Shown here one piece after another: positions 15,228-31,976 of a DNA stretch of 64,000 nucleotides. The stretch's first letter is position 1, and every line of letters starts with the position of its first letter. The stretch covers positions 24,614,001 to 24,678,000 of the forward strand of contig OX597832.1 of the NCBI GenBank assembly GCA_951406725.2, written 5' to 3'. The DNA comes from Octopus vulgaris. Taxonomy: Eukaryota. Under the pieces are notes generated by a model, which saw only the letters and a list, made by a program, of their open reading frames with translations, did not search any database and was not told the DNA's origin. Position numbers and translations under genes: made by a program.

Positions 15228-16348
15228 CGTGTCCTGGTGTGCTAAAGTTAACAATATGCATTAAATACTTTTTGTATACCTCTATTACTCTCTATTTCTG
15301 TCTTTCTCGTTCATTCCTGTTAGACACACAGAAAAACACACACACTCAAATGTTTACACACACATGCACACACACAAACACTCACACATGTACGCACGCA
15401 CGCACGCACACACATATACACACATCAATTTAAGACATAACCGGAAGAGCTATTACTAGTTTCAGCCATTGATGTTACTTTAACCGAGCATGTTTATAAA
15501 ATACGCCACCTATCTCCAAGCAATCTATCAGGCACTGTTTATGCGTTACATACATACTAAAAGCGAGAACGCTACACAATGAGCAAATACGAAAAACCCC
15601 CCGCCAAAAAAACAGAAGAAAACTGCAAAGGATGATGCAAAAACCGGAACGAGAAGATGAAACGAAAGCAACAAAACCAAGATCCACGTCCTCCATGATT
15701 GCAGAGACCACAATTAATGCTTTTAAAATGCATCACACGCACAAAGAGGGCCAGAAAGATTGTTTGGATATATAAAGTTAAAGGATCATAAAAGGGTGAA
15801 ACTATTAGTCGCTGTATCATCTGTGCATAAAATTGATATCTATTTCTCACTAGATGGAGTACTTTTTGTTGATTCGACATATATTGCCTCTATCTAACTA
15901 TGTATGTATGTATGTATGTATGTATGCATGTAAGTATGTATGTATGTATGTATGTATGTATGTATGTATGTATGTATGTACGTATGTATGTATGTATGAA
16001 TGTATGTATGTATGTAAATACGTATGTATATATGTATGTAAGTATGTATGTATGTATGTATGTATGTATCTATCTATCTATCTATCTATCTACTTATCTA
16101 ACCATCTCTTTCTCTCTCTCTCTCTATCTGTCTGTGTGTCTGTCTCTCTATGCATGTATATATATACACACATTACATGCAAAGAGATATAGATATATGC
16201 ACATATGCATAGAAACATACACACATATAGATATAGATATATATACTTAGTAATTTCACTCTTTCTCTGTATATATATAATATAATATGATATAATCTTG
16301 CACAACAAATATTTAAACGTATATATATATAGATGTAGATATATGCAT

Positions 16349-16408
<60 letters not shown>

Positions 16409-16409
16409 C

Positions 16410-18097
16410 AGGCGCAGGAATGGCTGTGTGGTAAGAAGCTTGCTTCCCAACCACACGGTTCCGGGTTCAGTCCCACTGCATGGCACCTTGGGCGAGTGTT
16501 TTCTATTATAGCCTGAGGCCGTCCAAAGCCTTGTGAATGGGTTTTGTAGACGGAAACTAAAAGAAGACTATCGTTTATTTATCTCTCTATGTATGTATGT
16601 ACTAACTGTTGGACCCAACGCTGCTCGTGTTTTCCGTGCTGGAGTTAAGAATACCTCTGACCTTGTATCAGAAATCTTTCCCCGAACCAAATATTACCCA
16701 TTAATATGTTATATCTGGTCCGTCAGGGATTTTACCCGGTTAACGCTTTTGACATACTCCTACATTCTGGACCGTCTGAAATCGCAGTCTAACTTTTAAG
16801 CGTACCTCGACCCGTTGAGAGTGATGTTTGTCTATTTCTCTCCCCTTAATGCTAACCTCTCTACAAAATTGATCAGCGTGTCCGATCTCAGCAAAATCCG
16901 AAGAAAAATGTTAAGGTTATATAAAATAGAATCCATGTAACCATTTACACAAAAATATCCCATTGACTTTTAAATCCCAATACATAATATGAATAATCGA
17001 TGTTTCATATGTCTAAGTGCTTAATTTTACTCACGGGTCAATTTTCTTCAAAATCAATTCAATATTTTATTGTGAGTGAATTTTGACGATTTCTGCCATT
17101 CATCATTTTAATTTTAATTCTATTACATGACTCCGACCATTAACTTTGCCTAAATGTCAAATGTCGTCAAAATTGGATGAATTCGGTAAAAATTACAGTA
17201 TAAAATATAAATCCTATGGGTAATTGCCTACAAAAATCCTATTGATTTCTTAAAATCCTCCGCTCACGCGCAATTATCGATCTTTTGTAAACTTTTCATA
17301 CTGGCATCAACTAATGGACATGAACTGTAATCACGTCTAAAATTTCTACAAAATCAATAAGAATGTCTCTAAGGAAATGCTTATTTGGATTTGTGCCCTT
17401 TTCAAGATGTTTTGAATTAAATAAACATTTTTATCGTCTCCCCCACCAGAAAATTTACCTACATCTCTAGATAAAAAGTATACAATTTACGGCCAAAAAT
17501 TAAATCCCTCTGGGAATTTGCATGCAAAAAAGCCGATTGATTCTATAAAACCACTGCTCAGGCGCAATTACCGATTTTTGTCAGCGCAATATACTCACTG
17601 CCATGAGCCTCACTCACTCATTTTTCAGCAAAATCCGACGAAAATGCAAGAGCTGCAGGAAAAATAACATCGTTATGGGAATTTCTATTCAAACGCCCGA
17701 TTGAGCTCACAAAAGTCGATGCCAACTGAGTATTATCGAGTTTTGGAAAATTACGGCCTTATTTGAACTTCAGGGTATGTGATCTACCTAGGTGCCAAAA
17801 TCATAAAAACATCGGTTGGACGGTGAGAGAGGAGTTAGAGTAACCTCAAACACACAGACAGACACCATTGCATATTTATGTATATAGATGTACGCATTTG
17901 TGTGTTTGCGTTTGACCGCCCACTATCGCATAACAACTGATGCTGGTGTGTTGACATCCCTGTAACATAGTGGTTCGGCAAAATTGACCGATAGAATAAG
18001 GACTAGGCATATAAAGAATAAGTCCTAGGGTCGGTTTGTTTGACCAAAGGCGGTGCTCCAGCATGGCCGCAGTCAAATGACTGAAACAAGTAAAAGA
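16410..18097 (+). mobile_element. SINE-A split by a Helitron (16410-16601 and 17889-18097)
   Basis: The 5' and 3' halves are collinear on either side of the insertion. Confidence 0.82.
16602..17888 (-). mobile_element. Non-autonomous Helitron-like element inserted in a SINE
   Basis: Minus strand starts A|TCTATATAC..(gtct)n and ends with a GC-rich degenerate hairpin then ..CAGTTAG|T (CTAG variant). No TSD. Internal degenerate ~290-bp subrepeats. Splits a SINE-A copy. Confidence 0.72.
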
Positions 18098-18126
18098 ATA
18101 TTTGCATATATATTTCGATACATATA

Positions 18127-18224
<98 letters not shown>

Positions 18225-18809
18225 ATATATATATATATATACATACATACATATGTATATGATATATATATATTTTTATATATATATGTATATATATATA
18301 TATGTATATATAGATATACATACATATGTATAATTGCTCACAAACCCACATAAACGTACAAACACTCAATGCACAACATGCGCACACACTGAGAAAGATA
18401 CACACAGACAGACAAAAATTTCACACACAACACATACACACACACGCACATACACACACACACATACACACACATGAACTCACACATTTATTCGTTGTAC
18501 ATGAATATTTTAGACCATGAATTGCACTACGCAAATATTTCTCTTTGGGCCCATATTTCCATTCCCTAGAGATCACTTTTTATAGAACACACGAAGACAG
18601 TGCATCGTAATTATATTGGTTGGCATCAAGTTAAAATCTGCCGGTGATGAAAGATCTACCAGTTGCGATGTCTAACACAATTTTCGTACTTCGTGGCGGC
18701 CATAGCAATCAAGATGTTTGAAATATTTATGAAATATGTCACCAGCGTTTCTTTGACATGCTAAATTGATATATGCAAACGTAAGCATATATGCTTGTAT
18801 GTTAGCATG

Positions 18810-19720
<911 letters not shown>

Positions 19721-19846
19721 ATAGACGCACGCATACATATCTGTCTGTCCGTCTGTCAATCTCTACCCCCCCCTTCTCTCTCTCTTTATCTATCTCTCTA
19801 TCCCAACAGTTATTGTACCCGAGATAGCTACCGCTGCTGCTGCTGC

Positions 19847-19883
<37 letters not shown>

Positions 19884-20199
19884 TCTTGCGATAACGCTGA
19901 CGATGATTTTGATGATACCAAATGAAGCCGTTACTGTCATTGAAAGCCCTGATGGCGATGATTGCAAAAAGTGTTTTATATTTGTTGCTGTTTTTTTTTT
20001 ATTGTCGGAGTCAGTGGTGTTGGTCGTGGCGTTCGATGCTGAAGTGGGTGGCAGGGGTGGTGTTGGGTGGGGGGGGAGCTAATGCGGTCTTTAATGGTTT
20101 GGTCGTAGTTGTACGGCTTCCCTGGTATCGTATAAAGTTGTTGAAGATGACGGAAGTGACTGTGGCTTTGGAAGTGGTCGCGGTGGTGGCGATGGTGGG

Positions 20200-21435
<1,236 letters not shown>

Positions 21436-22026
21436 ACCAGAGTAACCACCATACAGTGTGATTTATGAATAAAGATTTATCAAAATATACAGAGTTCTAT
21501 CATTGTGTGACCCCCTTCAGTCGAGGTTGCAGGTTTTTGTGTTTGAATCCGAAACATTTGGCAGGATCGTAAGAGCAACGCACAAAATGCTTAGTGGCGT
21601 TTCTTCCAGCTCTATTAGTTCTAGGTTCGAATACCGCTGGCGTCAACTTCGCCTTTCAGTCTTTCAGAGTCGAAAAACAAAACAAAACAAGGTACCAGTC
21701 AAATACTGGGGTCGATAGTATCAACTAATTCCCCTCCCCTCAAAATTGTTGGCTTTTGGCTAAATTAGAAAGAATTAGTTTTATCATTGACGACAGCGGT
21801 TTAGCAGAATCGTTAGAACATCAGTAAAATGTCTTGTTGCGTTTGTCCTTTATTTTAACGATCTGAGTTCAAATCACGTCTAGTTAAAGTTTGCTTTTTA
21901 TCCTTTTGCGGTCGATAAGTAAAGTCAAATACTTGAGTCGATGATAACGACTCGCCCCTCCCACCAAAATTTCTATTTTTTTGTTTATATTTGAAGCAGT
22001 TCATCTTCTTCTTCTTCTTCTTCTTC

Positions 22027-22136
<110 letters not shown>

Positions 22137-23244
22137 ATCGTGGAGCTGGCAGATTTGTTATCGCGCCGGGCAAAATGATTAGCGACATTTCGTTCGTCTT
22201 TACCTTCTGAGTTCAAATTCTGCCGAGGTCGACTTTGCCTTTCATCCTTTAGGAATCGATAAATTAAGTACAAGTTGCGTACTGGGGTCGATCTAATCGA
22301 CTGGCCTTGTGCCTAGAGTAGAAACGGATATTGTCCAAGGGAAGTAATGATCATGCGAAGGACGAGGATGCATTGTTAGAGAAAGGTCTGACCATCGCTC
22401 AATCTTAGCCCATTCATGGCTGACATCTCGAGGTTTTCATGGCAAAGAACAAAGACGACAAAATAAAAAAAATAACAAGAAACAAAAATCAACAACATAA
22501 AACAATTTAATGGGTCATGATTGTTTTTAATTGGATTATATTTTGTATTATTTTCGTTCTCGCTTTTTTTTTGTTGCTGTAGAATTTGAATCTTCAAATC
22601 TGGCGTCGAAATAAATGTCACAGCATTTCTTGTCAAACCGTGTATTTATTTCAGTAACCATTGTAGCGTCCATTGTTATGATAATAAATCACAGCGTGTG
22701 TCTGTGTGTCTCTGTATGTCTTTGTATGTCTGTATGTCGTTAGTTGAAAAAGCTTTCCAAGAGCAAACGCAAGAACACGTATCGACTCGCTTTTGGCAAT
22801 AACGATACGAGATTCCAGCAAGTAAAAAAAAAAGACTGGTTATTTGGTGAGATAAAGTATAAAATAAAACCCCAAAAAAAACGAAACAAAAAGATATAAA
22901 TTATAAAAGATATAAATGAATAACACTAAATAAAAAGCAAAATAACAATAGCAAGAGCAATAGATGATGAAATATTATCATACTAATGCACAATCTTTTA
23001 TTCAATTTGCAGTCGCCCTAAACGATAATACATTTAATGTCAAACACAGTCGGTTGAACAGATTTCAGTTCAACAAAATAAATACACAAATGAAGATATG
23101 TATATATATATATATAACAGAAAGTGCATTCTTTAGTTACGAAGCAAGGTTTGTGCTATTCATTTAGGAGGGTTTATTTTCTTGGTTTCTGAGTTCGAAT
23201 GCCAGCCTGTAAAATAAGGTGATTGTAAAAAAACACAAAAATAG

Positions 23245-23455
23245 TAGAGGCGTGTGGTTTAGTTGTTGGGGTGTTGAACTCATGATCGTAAGGTTGTGGT
23301 TTCGATTCCTCGACCGGGCGATGTGTTTTGTTCCTGAGCATAACACTTCATTTTCACGTTGCTCCAGTCCACTCAGCTGGCGAAAATGATTAATCCTGCG
23401 ACGGACCGGCGTCCCATCCAGGAGTGGAATTTCTACGCCACTGAAACAGAGAAAG
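23245..23455 (+). mobile_element. tRNA-derived SINE, diverged family
   Basis: gaggcgtgtggtttagt..ggtttcgattcc head, then gttgctccagtccactcagc, which is also seen at ~1264-1283. Confidence 0.65.
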
Positions 23456-24158
23456 AACATTATTTCTCTGGCTCGAGAAAGAACATTATTTTTTTTTTGT
23501 GAAAAAATAATTAAAAAATGATAAGCGGAAGTTATTTATCATTGGTGATTAATAAACATCATAATATTCTTTTCTCCCCGAAGTTTTTGGGGAGGGGGCC
23601 AGTTGATTAGATCGACCCCAGCACGCAAATAATCGTTTATCGACACCGAAAGAATGAAACGCAAAGTTGACCACGGCGGAATTCCGCTAAGCATTTCGCT
23701 CGGCGTGCTAACGTTTCTTATTCCTTTATTGCCCACAAGGGGCTAAACATAGAGGGGGACAAACAAGGACAGACAAAGGGATTAAGTCGATTAGATCGAC
23801 ACCTGTGCGTAACTGGCACTTAATTTATCAATCTCGAAAGGATGAAAGGCAAAGTCGACCTCAGCGGAATTTGAACTCAGAACGAAACGGCAGACGAAAT
23901 ACCCATTTCTTTACAACCCATTTCTTTACTACGATCCCTGCGTTCTATGCTTCGAAACCACCTTAGTGATCCAAGATCTCTCTGGTCTTATTTTCCCGCT
24001 ATCTCCTTTGTGACATGATCTTCGTAAAGTTTGATTCCTCTCGGTCTACCATTTTAAATTCTCACATGTTATGACATACACGCCATGACTGTGACACTAC
24101 CAACAAGTAAAATTTTCAAGATAGTATTTTATATATGTATATATATACATACATACAT

Positions 24159-24279
<121 letters not shown>

Positions 24280-24457
24280 CAAAGGTAGTAGGAAAGTCGT
24301 TTTGAAATTCTGAAAATGTAATTCAATAGCATTTTTCAATTATATGCAATTTTGATTCGCTCTCAAGGGTGAAGAGTAAAATCTCCACCATTATCCTCTT
24401 TCAACATCGTTATTATTATCATCATTATTATTATTATTATCATTATTATTATTATTA

Positions 24458-24524
<67 letters not shown>

Positions 24525-24541
24525 CATTATTATTATTATTA

Positions 24542-24623
<82 letters not shown>

Positions 24624-24671
24624 TGAGATGTAATAAAACAATTTAAAGTTCTTTCCAATTTAAAGAGAGAT

Positions 24672-24714
<43 letters not shown>

Positions 24715-26385
24715 TTGAAAGATAGCTATAGAGAGAAAGATAGATAAAGAGGGAAAGAGAGAGAGGGATAGAGAGACATATCCTGTAACCGGAAAACAAT
24801 GTGGAAGCTTCTTACCAATTATAATATCATTAAACATGACGTCACTATAGTCACTTTACTTTGTCAACAACTTTCCATCTCGATTACGGTTTCTATAAAA
24901 CAAGACTTAAACAAACAAATCGATGTCTTAAGTAGTCAATACTTTCCATCTCTTCAATTATACTGTTTTCAAATCACTAATACAGTAAGAACATAATAGT
25001 CTTTGATAGTTACTCTACTACTTTCCGTTCCTTGTATCATATTAGCGGTAATATTAGTAGAGTTGCAGACAGCTATTCACTGCAAAGAAATTGAACTCGA
25101 AATCATTCTACTTCGATACAAGCAGCTTTTCAATTGGGATTGATGACGTCATCAAATAACTAGCCGTTCTGATCTCTCGTAGACACATCAAAAGCTTGTT
25201 TTTGCCAGGAGATGAGCTGATCGGCGAAAATACAATAGTCGCAGTAGACGCTCAAATCGTTGACATTTCACTTATCGTAAACAACCATATTTGGATAAAC
25301 AACATATCCAAATGCCATTAACGATTTTGTCTTTGGCGCCCTCTTTTTTGACAGATCATTAGCTATATGTATGTAGATCGTTTGGTAACTGATTTGTGAT
25401 CGTGACACAGCTAAAGTCAAGTAGCTGAAGGAATTTATGCCATTCAAATTCGGCCAGAGAATTTCAAGACTTCTACAACTCAGTATCACTGCTGACACAC
25501 ACGCATACATACATCTCTCACAGATAAATACAAATTGATTCGCTTGGTGTAAATATCTTTTCCTCCCGTCGTTGGTCGTAACGGTAGCTTTTTTCGTCAT
25601 CGTTAAATGAATACTTTGTATTTGGAGTAACTGGTCAAGCAACTACAATAAACATTTCGTTCCATATCAACCACAATGCTTTAACCAATGAAAAATACCC
25701 TTATCTGTCCAATATGTCTGCTTTTATTAATTATTTAACTCATTAAGGACATGGATAATATAATCGTTAAAACAGAAAAAAAAAGCAAAAACAATATAAT
25801 ATTGAGAATGAACAAAATAAAATGCTACCAGTTAAGTAATGGGGTGAATGTAATCGACTTGCCCCCTCCCCTCAAAAATTGCTGTCCTCGAACCCTGCAA
25901 CTAACCTGTGTCCCATTTAGAGAGAATGTTGTAATCTCGGTCACCTAAACGCTATGGAAACTGGGTGACCAGCCTTAAATGTGCCAGGGCTCATAAAAAA
26001 TGAACTGACGCATAATAAATTAAGGCTTTATATTCTGATTAATAGGTGACGGATGAACCCTGTGAAGGTCCAGCGACTATCCAGCAATTCCACGGGTCCG
26101 CAGAAATTCCTGATTAGTATCCGGCTGGCTGGAAGACCACTGGGAAGGAGGCACTCCTTAACTTTTGTTAAAGCATGTTCCTAGTACCCGCTTCAAACCC
26201 AGAGTATATTTGCTCCGATCGGGGGTAACTTGGTCAGCGAAACCTCTGCGACGGTCGATGACAAGATAAGCTACTACAGACCACACAATCCCAAAGTGCG
26301 TATGCACATGTCCGGGGACAACATTTGAAACCCTGAACTCGTTGGTCAGAGCCGGCTCAACCGACCCCAGGTGAATGTCACCGCA

Positions 26386-26903
26386 AGTAAAGAAGTATTT
26401 ATATATTTCTTTATTGCCCACAAGGGGCTAAACACAGAGGGGACAAACAAGGACAGACAAACGGATTAAGTCGATTACATCGACCCCAGTACGTAACTGG
26501 TACTTTATTTATCGACCTCGAATGGATGAAAGGCAAAGTCGACCTCGGCAGAATTTGAACTCAGAACGTAACGGCAGATGTAATACGAATAAGCATTTCG
26601 CCCGGCGCGCTAACGTCTCTGCCAGCTCGCCGTCTTAGTAAGGAAGTATATATATATTTATTTACTACCCACAGGGGGCTAAACACAGAGGGGACAAACA
26701 AGGACAGATAAACGGATTAAGTCGATTACATTTATCCTAGTGCATAACTGGTACTTTATTTATCGACGTCGAAAGGATGAAAGCAAAGTCGACCTCGGCG
26801 GAATTTGAACTCAGAACGCAACGGCTGACGTAATACGAATAAGCATTTCGCCCGGCGCGCTAACGTTTCTGCCAGCTCGCCGTCTTAGTAAGGAAGTATT
26901 TAT
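26386..26903 (-). mobile_element. Two tandem SINE-B copies separated and flanked by three copies of a TSD-like motif
   Basis: agtaa(a/g)gaagtat at ~26386, ~26637 and ~26888. The copies share private variants. Confidence 0.85.
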
Positions 26904-27589
26904 AAGCAAGCTGAAACTAAACATTAGACCAATGTGTGTCTTAAGTGCTTCGAACGTGTATGGAGACGTACAACATTAGCGACAGAAACCTCGTAGGAAT
27001 TATCACATCCCTCTTGGCAACAATAAAAATCATCTGACACTTGATTGTCTTGGCCAGATGCGACTCATAAACATACTTTAAAGGGAAACATTAAAATATT
27101 CATATATAACCAGATACTGGAAGCAACGCCGAAGGAACACTCGGAGAATAATAACGTCGAAATGTTGAATACTTAATGAATATGCTGCTTTTCTCACCTT
27201 CTGTCCAGTGTCATTCTATTGTTAAGAAGAAATAAATATAAAATCACCTAAATCTATAGGCATTTTCATTAATATAAATTTCAAAAATGGTTCATGAATA
27301 ATCAGTAAATTTTTGATATCGGAACTCAAGAAAAAAAACCTCAACAAACTTTTAAACCAATCAAGAGTTTCTCAGACGGATGGACACATAACATATTTTG
27401 ATTGTGGTGGTGGTGGTAGTGATGGTGGCAATACAACTGATTAAGCCGACCCAAGTGTAGGATTGGTACTTGCCTTGAGTAAGGGACTGTTGTAATACCC
27501 ATTACGTGTTCGCCTTTATGACCGGTGCTTACTTTGAGGGAAGAATCCTTTCTACTAAAGACCTGAGATTCTTGGTGGTGGTGAGGGGG

Positions 27590-28270
27590 CGTCGATTACA
27601 TCCAACCCAGTGTTTCACTGGTGCTTAATTCATCGACCGCGAAAGGATGAAAGGCAAAGTCGACTTCTGCAGAATTTGAACTCAGAAAGTCATGACAGAC
27701 GAAATGCCGCTAAACATTTTGCCCGGCGTGCTAACGGTTCTGCCAGCTCGCAGCCTTGTTTTGTAAGAATAATAATATTTATTTTTTTATTGCTCACAGG
27801 GGGCTAAACATAGAGGGGACAAACAACGGACAGACAAAGGAATTAAGTCGATTATATCGACCCCAGTGCGTAACTAGTACTTATTTAATCAACCCCGAGA
27901 GGATGAAAGGCAAAGTCGACTTCCGCAGAATTTGAACTCAGAAAGTAATGAAAGACGAAATGCCGCTAAGCATTTCGCCAGACGTCCTAACGTTTCTACC
28001 AGTCTGACGCTTTGCTTTGTAAGAAGAATAATATTCTTTTTTACTCTAGGCACAAGGCCTGAAATTTTGGGGAGAGGGCCAGTCTATCAGATCGACCCCA
28101 GCACGCAAATAGTAAGTAATTTATCGACCCCGAAAGGATGAAAGGCAAAGTTGACCTCGGCGGAATTTGAAATCAGATCGTAGCGACAGACGAAATGCCG
28201 CTAAGCATTTTGCTCGGCGTGCTAACGATTCTGCCAGATCGCCGCCTTGATTTTTAAGAAAAATAATATT
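27590..28270 (-). mobile_element. Three tandem SINE-B copies
   Basis: Each is followed on + by tg.ttt.taagaa.aataatatt. Confidence 0.82.
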
Positions 28271-28279
28271 AATGATTCA

Positions 28280-29230
28280 GATGCGGTTTGGAAGACAGAG
28301 CCATTCAAAAGCACGCAACTGTGAACTTCACTCAAACATTTATTATTCGGTGTCAACATTTTTCCATCACCAACTGTGATCTGGTCATTGAAAAGTTCCA
28401 AAGCAACTTACCAGGTGCGAGGAAAGCATCCTTCTGAAATATCAGTGATTAATTTCTTGTCACTTGTCATTCCTGCTGGAGGGGCAGAGCCATGATCTTT
28501 CACTCTCTCATAGAAATTCGTGCTTCATGTCTTTCATGCTACAATTCAACTGTTGCAGCTGCTGTTGCTGTTGCTGTTGAGCGAAGCGGTCTTCGTCCCA
28601 CAGCTCGCAAGATCGCACCTCTGTAGTGGGAGAAGTCCGAAACGTGGTTCTTTGCTATTCGTAAGACCCGCAGAAGAGAAAGCAGGTCAACCCCCGACAC
28701 CGAGAGCATCGACGGATGGATGAATGCGCATCCAGGCTCAGCGGTTGCGTAGGAAGTCGGGGACAAGAAACAGGAAGAAAGAGTGAGAGAAAGTTGGGGC
28801 GATAAAGTACAACAGGGGTGCCCCCCCCCCCTAACTGTTGCAGCTCAACACTAACAAGAAAGCTGCGAACAGGAAAAAGATTTCAGCTAATGTTCCACGA
28901 GTCATTAACATAATGATTAGTGCTGCTCCGAAGAGGTTAGACGTAACACATGTGACGAGGGGTGTAGAGGCGAGTGGATCGAGGATGGGGTTACCTGAGT
29001 GGTGGATGTGCGAGGCCAGACAACTCAAAGAAACTGGGCCTTTATAGCAGTAACAGAGAAGACAGAGAAAGGAGTCATCTCTTCTGTAGACCATAATATG
29101 GACCGTTAGACATTTACTGTTAATCAGTCGATGGGGTGCAGATATTTGTGTGAGTTGCAACGGCACTGTACAGGAACACTGTTCCGTTGAGGGCTTCTCT
29201 AGGGCTTTTGTAGATTTTAGCAATTGACGA
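28280..29230 (-). mobile_element. Highly degraded APE/RT LINE relic interrupted by a SINE
   Basis: Scattered motif-like peptides VYRRD, HHSGNPILD and GCFPRTW resemble APE endonuclease and RT motifs, but the frames are broken. Confidence 0.3.
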
Positions 29231-29781
29231 GAACTGATATATTTAGTTAGTGGGACGAATACTGTCGATCAAATAAGTGCTATTAAATATCTAGCACCTA
29301 GTTTGAGGAATATGCGCAACATAGTCAAAAGGTTAAGCAGTTTTCTACGCAATCATAAGGTCACAGTTTCGATTCTGCTGAATAACATCTTGAGTAGATG
29401 TAATTTTCTTTACCTTCTGGTCGACTCATACATTTTGAATGAAAATGGGTTGACGGAAACTGAGCAGAAAGCCGTCGGGTAGATTATACCAGTAATTAAA
29501 ACTTGTAGCCCCACTGTACTCACGCCGATTCTGCTTCATAATTACATTAAGATTACACGTGTCTATGGAACACTCAACCACTTTCACGCTAATTTAACGA
29601 TCCAGGATCTTTGGTTGATTGAACAACTGAACACTGAGTCTCAGAAATTCTGGTCGAGATCCACATTTATTTTGAGGGCTGAATACTGTGGATGACATTT
29701 ACACCAGTATGTGACTGGTACTTTCTTTGAGAGAATGCGTAATCGATTGGATCTATCTCTGTAATGGCCTACCACTATCAT

Positions 29782-30082
29782 CACGTGGCCGACCAACCTA
29801 TTAGATGTTGCTACACATCGCTGGTCACAATGCACTTCACATTGTTTTAGCCTTCAAATGATGGCACCCCGCTGGATAAGAGAGCAGGCCAACAGAAGAA
29901 AGAGTGAGAGAAAATTGTGGCGAAAGAGTACAGTAGGGATCGCCACCAGCCCCTGCTGGAGCCACGTGGACCTGCAGTTGTTTTCGCTCAATAAATACTC
30001 ACAACGCCCAGTCTGGGAATCGAAACCGCAATCCTACGACTGTGAGTCCGCTGTCCTAACCACTGGGCCATTGCGCCTCCAC
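29782..30082 (-). mobile_element. SINE-C, full length with 11-bp TSD
   Basis: tRNA-like head gtggaggcgcaatggcccagtggttagg..ggtttcgattccc. TSD ACCACTATCAT at 29771-29781 and 30083-30093. Other pieces at 4638-4745 (+) and 54847-54950 (-). Confidence 0.87.
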
Positions 30083-31045
30083 ACCACTATCATAATAAAA
30101 ACAAAGTTAACTTTGCAGAGATTTGACCGTTCTTTGGATTCGGTCATTCCACCGCCGTCTGTGAATCAATGACCGTTTTAAGCAATTACAGATATGTCTT
30201 AACCAGAGCACGGTTTCGATTCTGGGTCGTCTCAAATTCACTTGATATATTTGACCTTGGAAAATACTCTCCGACCAATCGGGATTATTTCAGGAGTTTT
30301 ATGACGGTAAATGAAATGCTCTCATCTCCTCTTTCACTCCTTTCTTCTTGCCTTCTCATCTTCCTCTTTTCCTCTTCTACGACCTCCCTTCCTCCTCCAC
30401 CTCCTCCTTTTAATCCTGGTTGTCATCATCTTCTTCCCTCTCCAGTTCTTTGGTAAATCTTCCGTCTTCGCCACCTCCTCCACTTCCTCCTCCTACTCTT
30501 CTACATTTATCCTTCTCATATCCTTCCTCCTCCTTCTCCTTCTCCTTCTCCTCCTCCTCCTTCCTCATCAGCCTCATCCTTTTTCCCTTTTCCTCATATT
30601 CCTCCTCCTCAACTTTGCCTTCCTACTTCTCTTCATCTTACTCATTCTCCTCATCCCCTCCTACCCGCCTCATCGTCGTCACCTTCCCCTTCACTCCCCA
30701 ATTCCCCTTCATCCTTCTCCTCCTTCTTTTATCTTCCTCTTCCTCCCACTTGTCACCGATCCCATCATCTTCCTCATCATTTTATGGCCATTTTCCTTCT
30801 CATCATTTCCCTCCACGACCTTCTCTGCCCCCTCCACTCCCTCTCACCACCTCCTCCTCCTCCTCCTCCTCCTCTTCCACTTCCTCCTCCACCTCCTTCT
30901 CTTCTTCTTCTTCTTCTTCTTCTTCTTCTTTATCATCCTTGTCTTCTTCTTCATCATCCTTCTCTTCTTTTTCTTTTTCTTCTTCTACTTCTTCTTATAC
31001 TTCTTCCCTTCCTCCTCCTCCTCCTCCTCCTCATCATCATCATCG

Positions 31046-31083
<38 letters not shown>

Positions 31084-31672
31084 GTCGTCGTCATCATCAT
31101 CATCATCATCATCATCATTCTTGTCATCATCATCACCACGTTCTCTTCTTACTCGAATAATAAAACTCTCCGCCGACCGTAGTAGTAGTATTAACCCATA
31201 AAAACAAATCAACGGCGTGAATGAGCGAACAACCGGTGAACCGAAAGAGATCTTCCTGTACGATTCGACAAACAAACCATCTTCACAAAAACACAACTAA
31301 AGTCTATTGAAAACACAGCATGGCCGATGAACCGTGAATAAAAACCTTCCTATTTTTACAAACAGGATATACGCTTTAAAGAATTTCATAAACATAGACA
31401 CGATAAATAGGAAAAAATTCCAAGGATAATAAAGTTCTTCTAAAAACACGCTTAGAACACGAATAAGAATAATAAACAAACATTAAGGCAAAAACAAAAC
31501 ATAAGTATATAGACGAGGCTGTGTATGGCAATGTAGGCGTGGTTGAGTGGTTAAGATGTTCACTTTGCAATCGTATGGTTTCAGGGTTCATTCCCACTGC
31601 GCGGCACCTTGGGCATGTTTAATATGTTACAGTCCCAATTAATACCTTGTGTGTGGTTTTCGTAAACCGTCG

Positions 31673-31736
<64 letters not shown>

Positions 31737-31803
31737 CCTGTTTGTCTGTCTGTCTATATATATATATATGTATATCAAATAATAATATATATATATATAC
31801 ATA

Positions 31804-31925
31804 CCTTATTAAAGCAACAAAAATATCACGTGATATTTTTGCTGCTTTTAATAAAGCATATTACACTACCTCTTGTAATCGAGTACTATTTTTTCCGCCT
31901 TGTTTCGCATTTATGTGTTTACTCT

Positions 31926-31928
<3 letters not shown>
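31804..31928. mobile_element. Short insertion in (TA)n with a ~50-nt terminal palindrome (possible inverted Penelope-like end)
   Basis: ttattaaagcaacaaaaatatcac|gtgatatttttgctgcttttaataa at 31806-31854, with (TA)n on both flanks. Confidence 0.45.

Positions 31929-31976
<48 letters not shown>

Noticed and set aside
25268-25642. 124-aa minus-strand ORF in unique sequence
   Set aside because: No recognisable domain or splice evidence; may be regulatory or decayed TE.
26158-26390. Possible RT relic (..LTNEFRVSN..)
   Set aside because: The resemblance is too short and the QG and DD motifs are not visible.
27120-27175. ccgaagg..gtcgaaatgttg, hammerhead-like remnant
   Set aside because: Core and stems are too degenerate to support.
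30119-30306. Possible exon (tttgcag ... gtaaat)
   Set aside because: All three frames hit stop codons within 60 nt.
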